This document shows, piece after piece, positions 24,100-33,044 of a DNA stretch of 42,509 nt. The stretch's first letter is position 1; every line of letters starts with the position of its first letter. This stretch comes from Octopus bimaculoides (lineage: Eukaryota), in assembly GCF_001194135.2 (NCBI RefSeq), contig NC_068996.1:41324108-41366616 (forward strand), in the 5' to 3' direction. The notes beneath the pieces were generated by a model. The model was given only the letters and a program-made list of their open reading frames with translations, made no database searches and was not told where the DNA came from. The position numbers and the translations under genes are program-made.

Positions 24100-24330
24100 G
24101 GAAAGAATCAGTCGGAAACTGCGAAGTAAAAGGGAAACGGTTGAAATCTCTAGCAGTTTTTAGAGAAAAACCAGTGTAAAACACCCTTTTCCCGGTTTCT
24201 CGGCCTTCGTGAGAGCTCTAGGCAAAATGTTATAATGCATGACCATTCTTGGTACATCAGTAATGTGTGTGTAAAGTTTGGTGAAAATCGGTTGACACAC
24301 AAACACACACATACACACAGTGTGTGTGTG
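24100..24330 (+). mobile_element. Candidate Helitron/HINE-like non-autonomous element fragment
   Basis: gtaaagtttggtgaaaatcggttg followed directly by an (AC)n-type microsatellite, the layout typical of DINE-1/Lep1-like elements. Confidence 0.35.
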
Positions 24331-24544
24331 CATCAAACAGACAATTATTTCATGGGGAAACTGTCAGCTCATTTTACACAGTTCATTTTATTTAATATCT
24401 GGTCTGCTTACTTTTGTATTGCATGCTATTAGATGAGTATAAATTTATAATTATGTAATATATACCTGTCTGTACATATATACGTATAAATATATACACA
24501 TATAACATACATACAAACACACACACACATTTAAAAAGAAGACA

Positions 24545-24637
<93 letters not shown>

Positions 24638-24640
24638 CAG
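24545..24640. repeat. (TATC)n/(TGTC)n microsatellite
   Basis: Directly visible. Confidence 0.95.
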
Positions 24641-24708
24641 GTATATAGATATGTAAACCCGATCTTGGTTGTGTATTGCACTACATTTCAGTGTGCCTAC
24701 CTTTCTCT

Positions 24709-24743
<35 letters not shown>

Positions 24744-24747
24744 CTTA

Positions 24748-24900
24748 GACGTGGCTGTGTGGTCAGAATCTCGCTTCCCAACCACAAATTCCTGCTCACT
24801 TTTCATATGTTCTGATCTCGAATTGTTCGTCAGAAACACTTCAGGGCAGTGCTCCAGTATGGCCGCAGTCCGCATGCCTAAAACAAGTAAAAGAATAAAA
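24748..24900 (+). mobile_element. Internally deleted composite SINE (group B head plus group C tail)
   Basis: Head gtggctgtgtggtcagaatctcgcttcccaaccac; tail gtgctccagtatggccgcagtc..aaacaagtaaaagaataaaa. Confidence 0.7.
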
Positions 24901-25559
24901 AGTTACGTATGTATATGTGTTTGCATGTATGTATGTTTGTATATTTCATAAACCCATATCTGAAGAGTGTGTTAACGTACTTTTACAGAGATGTGCTTAT
25001 ATCCTGCAAATAAATTTGTCTAGGTATCTAGAAATGTTCGTGTCAATAAGTCTGTACATATATACATGTGTGTGTCTATATACATATGCGTATACATACA
25101 TATATATATGCAACAATGTAACATGTGCGTAATCGTTAGTGTATGAGTGAGTCTATGTGTGTGTTACGGGTACATATGCTTATATAAATTTGTATGTCGT
25201 TTCTTTGTTTTATTCGGCTTCAAGCTTGCTTCCTATTTCAGTCCTTGGTTTATGTTGCTTCCACTCGCAGGAAGCAACATGAAGTAACATTGAGTGTAAA
25301 AGAGTTACAGGAATTTTATTTGATCGATGTTTTCCCTCGTGTCATAAGCTGAAATGTCCTTGTGAGGAGGTCATTTCGTGCCATGAACTCTTGTGTAGTT
25401 GCCACCTGCTTTTAAAAGATGGATAAAAATGAGAGAGTAGAAAAAAAAAATACGACAAACAAAAAGAAAACAAATATACAAGGAAAAAAAAAAACGAATA
25501 GAAAATCATGAAAACAAAAAACATGATTTCAATAAAGAAGAAAAAAATGGCGGAATGGC

Positions 25560-26240
25560 TGAGAAAATAGAGAAGAAAGTAAGGAGAAGGATGAAGAAGA
25601 CGACGAGGAGGAAGGAAAAGAAGAAAAAGAAGAAGAAGAAGAAGAAGAAGAAGGAGAAGGAAGAGGGGGAAGATTAGGGGAGAGAGAGAATGAGGGAAGA
25701 CAAGAAGNNNNNNNNNNAGGGGAGAGAGAGAATGAGGGAGGACAAGAAGGAGGAAGCGAAGAAATAGAACGAAGAAGAAGAAGAAGAAGAAGAAGAAGAA
25801 GAAGAAGAAGAAAAATGAGGAAGAAAGAAGAAGAATTGGAAGAAGAAGAAGAAGAAGAAGAAGAAGAAGAAGAAGAAGAAGAAGAAAAAGAAGAAGAAAG
25901 AAGAAGGAGAAGGAAGAGGAGGAAGATGAGGGGAGAGATAGGATGAGGGAGGACAAGAAGGTGGTAGAAGAGAAGTAGAAAGAAGAAGAAGAGAAGAAGG
26001 AAGAGGAGGAGGATGAGAGGAGGGAGATGGTGAGGGAGAAGAAGAGGGAGGAGGGAAAAGGAGAAGACGGAGGAAGAGGAGGTGAAGATGAAGGAGAGGA
26101 AGAAGAAGAATAAAAAGTTAAAAAAAAGAAGCAGTAGAAGAAGAAGAAGAAGGAGGAGGAGGAGGAGGAGGAGGAGGAGGAGGAGAAGAAGAAGAAGAAG
26201 AAGAAGAAGAAGAAGAAGAAGAAGAAGAAGAAGAAGAAGA
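25560..26240. repeat. GAA/GGA-rich polypurine tract, about 680 nt
   Basis: (GAA)n and (GAG)n runs; nearly free of pyrimidines on the + strand. Confidence 0.95.
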
Positions 26241-26387
26241 ATGGTTTCTTGAGGTGCAAATCTAACATTTTATTGGTGAGTGGGATTAAGCGATTTCATC
26301 GATTAACACGCTAATTGCTATTTTATTATTGATTATTTAAATTATAATGATGAGAGTGATTTTGATAATAACGTTTCCAAATTTTTC

Positions 26388-26588
26388 CACAAGGCTAGCA
26401 ATTTCGGGATTAGCATTTGTTCTTTTACTTCTATTCCAATTCTCAACAAGTGCTTGGTTTGTCGACCACAAAAAGGATGAAAGGCAAATCGACCCCTGTC
26501 GCATTTGAACATAGAACGCACTGTCCGAAGAAATGACGCTAAGCATTTTTGTCCGGCACGGTTTTGATTCTGCCAGTTCGTCGCCTTA
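26388..26588 (-). mobile_element. Diverged SINE group A
   Basis: Contains aaaggatgaaaggcaaatcgacc and ends tctgccagttcgtcgcctt, the reverse complement of the group A head. Confidence 0.75.
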
Positions 26589-26689
26589 ACTCACCGGGTT
26601 CAGGAAATCCACCTTATTTCGAGATCTGAGCTTTTCTGAAACAATGCTGTCATTGTGCTCCCCCTCCCGAGTTGGCTCGGAGGACACTG

Positions 26690-27170
26690 AAGCATGTGTA
26701 TCATAACGTCTAACAAGTTTGTGAGGCTTTTACACCTTTCCTATTATCAGCTATCCCCACACAGCAGCATCCTTCATCAAAAATGTGTTCCACTATCCCA
26801 CTGGCACAAAAGAGCGGAGTGTTCTCAGGAAATATTCAAAACATTTAATGCAATCCAGCCGCCAGACCCGTTTAGGGACCAGAAGGTTCCTGATGGGATG
26901 CTATGGCCTTCACTTACATATTCCCTGGTTCCAAGAGAATAAACTGTATTGCAGGATCCAAACCTTTCTGAGACAAAACCGCATCTCTGCCTTCCGATCA
27001 AGGTTGACTTCAAGATGTTTACTGCTCGTAGCTGTGAAGATGGGAGCGAACTGTCGTGGAATTCTGGTCTCGCTAATGGCAATTACAGTTATGTCTAATG
27101 ACCTGAGGTTATTAAGCAGGTGGCTTTGATCCTAAGACGATGACAGTTCTCATGCATTTACACCGCGTAT
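26690..27170 (-). mobile_element. Decayed L1/Tx1-like LINE APE endonuclease fragment
   Basis: Minus strand LLNNLRSLDITVIAISETRI...AVLSQKGLD...VG*WNTFL...ADNRKGVK, homologous to the start of ORF2 at 37996 (LLNDFRSLNLDVAAINETKI). Confidence 0.7.
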
Positions 27171-27627
27171 CCTGAGTAAGGTCATACAGAATGGAAGGAG
27201 AAAAGCGAGCGGGAATTTTCAACCTTATTCTCCTGGAAGCACATATGTTCCATCCATTCATTTAGTCGTCGATCTTTCAAGTAATATATATATTTGTAAA
27301 TATTTTCCTTTAATTTCCATTACACATCTCCTATTTCATAACTATATTTTGAGTTTAGTTCGTTGCACTTGTAATTACTGGCATGTAATTGTTCATGTGA
27401 TATCTTTATGTATCATGACAATGTGATAATAAATAGTATTTAGTACTTCCTTGTTTGCGTCATGATGTTTTTTTTTTCTTTTTGCAGGTTCTGCTCTTGT
27501 TGCTTTGGGTGTAGGCTGGATTGCTTTGGTTAAGGTGTTTGCAGTGCTTATGCCCTTGTGGTAGTGGTAAATGTGTTGGTGGTAACGGCGGTGTAAGAAT
27601 TGATTGTGGTTTTCTACACACTTAGCC

Positions 27628-28042
27628 GCAGGAGTGGCTGTGTGGTAAGTAGCTTGCTTACCAACCACATGGTTCCGGGTTCAGTCCCACTGCGTGGCAC
27701 CTTGGGCAAGTGTCTTCTACTATAGCCTCGGGCCGACCAAAGCCTTGTGAGTGGATTTGGTAGACGGAAACTGAAAGAAGCCAGTCGTATATATGTATGT
27801 ATATATGTATGTATGTATGTATGTATGTGTTGTGTATCTGTGTTTGTCCCCCCCCCCAACATCGCTTGACAACCGATGCTGGTGTGATNNNNNNNNNNAC
27901 TTAGCGGTTCGGCAAAAAGAGACCGATAGAATAAGTACTAGGCTTGCAAAGAATAAGTCCTGGGGTCGATTTGATTCGACTAAAGGTGGTGCTCCAGCAT
28001 GGCCGCAGTCAAATGACTGAAACAAGTAAAAGAATAAAAGAA
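27628..28042 (+). mobile_element. Full-length composite SINE: tRNA-like head, CORE-like segment, internal (TATG)n, second core and gaataaaa tail
   Basis: A-box gtggctgtgtggtaag, B-box-like ggttcagtccc, gcaccttgggcaagtgtc, (TATG)n at about 27790-27830, then gatagaataagtactagg..ctggggtcgatttgattcgac..gctccagcatggccgcagtc..aaacaagtaaaagaataaaagaa. Confidence 0.92.
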
Positions 28043-28451
28043 CATGTTTCTTCCCCTTGAATCTTCCAGCTGTGAGTGAATGCAGATTTGCATTAGCCAT
28101 TTCAGTTGTAGTCAGCCTCGTTACAGGACGAGTCTGCAGGAATTTAAGAGGTATCCATTGTGATGTTGTTTTGCATTGGGAGTTTCCTTTGTGATGGTTG
28201 TTGATATAGCTATCATGGGGGCTCCTTCGCTCTTTTTCTTTGGTGATTCTACTTTTGTTGTTCCTGCCACAGTAGCTGTTTCTCCTTTCTACTTTTCTAG
28301 CTGTTGTTTCTGCTGCTGATGTCCTGTAATAATTTGTATACTTTTACGCTGATGTTGGCGTTGTAATTGCTGTATTTGTGGTACCGGGAGCAGTGGGCAC
28401 GCTATGCGTTCCCCTTCAGCTGTAAACAGTAGGCTTTCATCCATTTTTCAA

Positions 28452-28497
28452 TGTATGTATGTATGTATGTATGTATGTATGTATGTATGTATGTATG

Positions 28498-28538
<41 letters not shown>

Positions 28539-28559
28539 GTCTGTCTGTCTGTCTGTCTG

Positions 28560-28599
<40 letters not shown>

Positions 28600-28680
28600 N
28601 NNNNNNNNNNNNNNNNNNNNNNNNNNNNNNNNNNNNNNNNNNNNNNNNNNNNNNNNNNNNNNNNNNNNNNNNNNNNNNNN

Positions 28681-28751
<71 letters not shown>

Positions 28752-28760
28752 CAGACAGAC
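28452..28760. repeat. (TATG)(TATC)(TGTC)(TC)-gap-(GATA)(GACA) compound microsatellite
   Basis: Directly visible. Confidence 0.95.
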
Positions 28761-28851
28761 CGGCAGATGTGTGTATGTGCATGTGTATTCCGAACTGTTA
28801 CATTCCTTCAAATCTCAGCTGGAATATTAAAAACGAGGATATATCTACAAT

Positions 28852-28995
28852 AAGACGCTTGCTTGTCAACCACATGATTCTGTGTACCGTCCATGGCGAT
28901 TTTGGCATGTGCCCTCTACTATAGCTTCAGACCAACCAAAGCCTTGTGAGTGGATTTCGTAGAAAGAACCTGAAAGAAGCCCGTTGTATTTATAT
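28852..28995 (+). mobile_element. Diverged SINE group B
   Basis: gcttgcttgtcaaccacatg..ctactatagc..accaaagccttgtgagtggatt..ctgaaagaagcccgttgtat. Confidence 0.8.
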
Positions 28996-29530
28996 ATCTA
29001 TAATACATTAAAAGTCAGATTGAATCTTGCTTGCTTGGAATGTTACACAGCCAAACTGACGCATAATGGGAAACCTGAAATGTAAATAAGAACGAAATGA
29101 AACAAAATTTCGCGTCAATCAGATAAGTGGTTGTTAAGATATTTAGGTGCAAAACGGTGCACAATGAAAAAAGTATCAGAAATTAACTTAACCCTGAAAG
29201 GGATGTAACTCTTATCTTCCGATTAGACAGTGACTTGNNNNNNNNNNATTTTCGCTTTTGTTAAACACATTATTTTAATCATTTAAGAATATTTTAAAGT
29301 GAAAGTGATTTCAAAAATGTAAGTTGCGTCTGAAATAAGTATTTATATTTTAGCTTTCTTTAAACAGACAATATTTTAAAGTGTGTTTTCAATTATTTTC
29401 AAGTGAATACCATTACACAAATTTTTTTGGTATGAATATTTCGTAAAAGACTTGTTCGTAAACTCGGTGTGAAATAATTTTTTTCCATTGTTTTTTTTTT
29501 TTTCGAGTTTATTCAACGTATCTCACTTCC

Positions 29531-29649
29531 AAAGATTTGGCAACTATTTGTAGCACGCCCTGCTACCACGTAACTGCTATATGCGATAAAGGACCCGGAA
29601 TATCTGTTACGTGGTAGCTGGGCATGCGAGAAATAGCGGCCACATCTTT
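29531..29649. repeat. 44-bp imperfect inverted repeat with a 31-nt spacer
   Basis: Left arm 29531-29574 versus reverse complement of 29606-29649: 37/44 identities by manual alignment. Confidence 0.9.
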
Positions 29650-30093
29650 CCTTTTCTGGAGAAAGGAGCCGCTTACGCGTGATTTCGATGGCACATTCAT
29701 TGAAAGCATGCAATATAACCTGGAAAATAAAAAAAATAATCACGGAACAAAACTCCGTTGCTGGGAAACTCAGACTTTCCCGGTAACCCAGCGGATCACG
29801 GGTAGTTTAGTATATGTATATAATTATGTGTGTCTGTCTCTTTGTTGTGTCGCTGTTTGTCCCCCCACCACTTATCATGTTTCCCTTTCATCTACCCTCC
29901 CTTGTTACGTCGCGGATGTTTCTACATGGATGAGAATTCAGTGATAGAAACTAACAGAACACATGTTTATTATACAGACAGTATCATCGACATTACAGCT
30001 GCGACTTGTGAGTAATAATATTATTGACATAGAACTGTAATAACTAATTTAGACAGAATTGAGACATCTACTGATATAGGTAGAGAACTGTAT

Positions 30094-30240
30094 TTTGTTT
30101 TCCTTGTTTCAATCATTAGATTGCAGCCATTCTACAGCACCTCCTTGTAGAATTTTTTAGTCGATGAAATCGGACCCAGTACTTATTTTTTTAATGTAGG
30201 TATTTATTCTATATTTTGCCGAACCGCTAAGCCACGGGTA
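30094..30240 (-). mobile_element. 3' half (group C part) of the composite SINE
   Basis: Reverse complement: cttagcggttcggcaaaa..gaataaatacc..aagtactgggtccgattt..tcgac..gatggctgcaatc..attgaaacaagg. Confidence 0.75.
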
Positions 30241-30243
30241 GGG

Positions 30244-30280
<37 letters not shown>

Positions 30281-30460
30281 TTACATATATTTCGTTGTTC
30301 GAAAAATAGTTCATATTCTATGTACTCGTACTTCGTATTGTTTTTCGTACACGTTTCGTGACGTCCTGTACCCACATATGCACATATATATATATACGTA
30401 TAGACGTAAGTATGTACATATACGTATGTATATATGCATATTTATATATATTATTTATAC

Positions 30461-30499
<39 letters not shown>

Positions 30500-31099
30500 G
30501 CGACATGCTTCTTTTATTTTCTGTCTACCAAANNNNNNNNNNNNNNNNNNNNNNNNNNNNNNNNNNNNNNNNNNNNNNNNNNNNNNNNNNNNNNNNNNNN
30601 NNNNNNNNNNNNNNNNNNNNNNNNNNNNNNNNNNNNNNNNNNNNNNNNNNNNNNNNNNNNNNNNNNNNNNNNNNNNNNNNNNNNNNNNNNNNNNNNNNNN
30701 NNNNNNNNNNNNNNNNNNNNNNNNNNNNNNNNNNNNNNNNNNNNNNNNNNNNNNNNNNNNNNNNNNNNNNNNNNNNNNNNNNNNNNNNNNNNNNNNNNNN
30801 NNNNNNNNNNNNNNNNNNNNNNNNNNNNNNNNNNNNNNNNNNNNNNNNNNNNNNNNNNNNNNNNNNNNNNNAACCTCCTTCAGTTTTCATATCTATCAAC
30901 TCATGTTCTGACGTCCGAGTCAATATTGGAGTATGTACGAGATTTTGCGGAAATAACTGCAAAATCTCCATTTACTGTACTTTCACCAATCCCACAAAGA
31001 TTGGATGATGTACATTGAGGCCCCGTATGCCGAAAACTGTGCATGCCATGGTTGTAGCTGGCATGTAATTGATCATATGCCTGCTTCATCAGGCACACT

Positions 31100-31450
31100 C
31101 AAACCATACATACACACACATGCATGCACACACATACACACACACACATAGACGGATAGATATTTAGATATAAATGCACAAATTCGATTCTACATGCATG
31201 TAAATTTATAATACGCATATTTAACTGTGAGGATAAACATGCAAGTCTATCTGTGTGTGTATACACACACTCACACACACACACGCATGCACACACTCAC
31301 ACATATACTCAGACACACGTGCACATAAACATACCTATATTATATGCATTCAATGTATAGTGTATAATTGGGACAAAATAAGAACAACACACGGACACAC
31401 ACACACTAAAATTACCTCCCTCTCCGTCTCTTTCTCCGCGTGTGTGTGTG

Positions 31451-31492
<42 letters not shown>

Positions 31493-31580
31493 CACGTATA
31501 TGTATAGATATATGTATGTAAATTTGAATGTCTGTGTGTGTGTGTATATATATACATACATATGTACATGCATATACACG

Positions 31581-31614
<34 letters not shown>

Positions 31615-31653
31615 CATACAGACACAACGCACACACATGCATGCGCGCGCGCG

Positions 31654-31691
<38 letters not shown>

Positions 31692-31760
31692 CATACACAC
31701 ACAACGCACACACATGCATGCGCGCGCGCGCGCACACACACACACACATATATATGTTTG
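31100..31760. repeat. (CA)/(TA)/(GC) microsatellite field with a 77-nt higher-order duplication
   Basis: Unit caacgcacacacatgcatgcgcgcgc.. starts at 31625 and again at 31702. Confidence 0.9.
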
Positions 31761-32303
31761 TTTTTTCTTTCCATGATTTCTCCTTATTTTCTCTTTTCTT
31801 CTGAAATGTTGTAAATGTCTCTTTAGGGATTATACATCATTATCCTATACCATTTCGCTGTCTATGCCCTTACTTGCTCACATTGCTCCTTTTTCCATGA
31901 GAGCAAACTCCTTCAGATACACACTACACAGTAATTAGCTGGACCATCGAAGCCACAAGATTCTTCAATAGAACACTAACGAGCCCCCGCCTCTCATCCA
32001 AACAGCGAAACATACGGGAAGTGAGGGAAGGAGAGTGTTCTATGTGCACGTGAGTATATCAGAGTGCGTGCATGTATGTGTATTTGAGTGTGGGTGTGTG
32101 TCTGTGTGTGTGTGTATGTATGGATGTATATTTGTATATATGTCTATTCATATATACACATATATGTGTGTACACACACACACACACACACACACTGACA
32201 CACACAAAGGCGCACTCATGCTTTTTACATGTATGTGTATAACTACGTGTTTATATATTTGCACTTGTATATATACATGAGATATATATGATATATCATA
32301 TAG

Positions 32304-32335
<32 letters not shown>

Positions 32336-32974
32336 ATACATGCTATATATTATTAAATATGTGTGTGTGTTTGTGTGTGTGTATTTGCTCATATATACAT
32401 ATGCATACACATGTCCAACCCACACACATATGTATATAATTACTAAAACGAGAAAACCACTGAAAGAGCTAACGAAAAAGAGACACGTGAGAGAGATAGG
32501 ATGAAACCGATAGTAACAAAGATGAAGAGAGTTAAAAGGAGGATTGATTAAGCGACGTATTTGCCAAATTCACTTCATCTATCATTATTCATCAGCAAAA
32601 CAGTGTGTTGTTTCCCAGATTCGCTGAGCGCCAGCTTAGCGGCAATGGATGACACGGATGGCGTAGCAATAGCATAGCAACCGGAAGTTGTCCTGCAACT
32701 AAGCTTTCAAAGGCAGACATATTTTTCTTCTCGTTTACATCCCATTCACACTCTTTGTCTTTTCCTTCCTCTATTTATAACCAGTGGAATATTTTGTATG
32801 TGGATGGGTGTTTTAATTTTTTTGTTTGATGGGGGAGGTATTTGTTGCAGCTGTTGTTGATGTTGTTGGTGTTGCTGTTTCATGTATGAAATCATTTCTT
32901 CCTACATTATTCGTCATTTTATTTCTTGTTGTTTTTAAGCTGATGATTAATATGCAACTTTATCATCAGTAACA

Positions 32975-33030
<56 letters not shown>

Positions 33031-33043
33031 CAACAATAATAAT
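32975..33043. repeat. (AAT)n/(AAC)n microsatellite at the 5' junction of an R4-like element
   Basis: Directly visible. Confidence 0.97.
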
Positions 33044-33044
33044 C

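Noticed and set aside
25342-26268. 308-aa F/S/L-rich minus-strand ORF
   Set aside because: Reverse complement of the GAA tract. Only its last 90 nt are kept, as an exon candidate.
27470-27560. Strong + strand acceptor (27488) and TM-like peptide SALVALGVGWIALVK
   Set aside because: All frames stop before the good donor. The T/G skew continues beyond the SINE (28045-28420), which suggests a decayed antisense repeat.
28500-28760. (TATC)n versus (GATA)n inverted across a gap
   Set aside because: Orientation across an 81-N gap may be a scaffolding artefact.
31880-31935. Minus-strand micro-exon VYLKEFALMEKGA with gtgagc/gtaagg donors
   Set aside because: Weak acceptor and short length; chance-level without RNA data.
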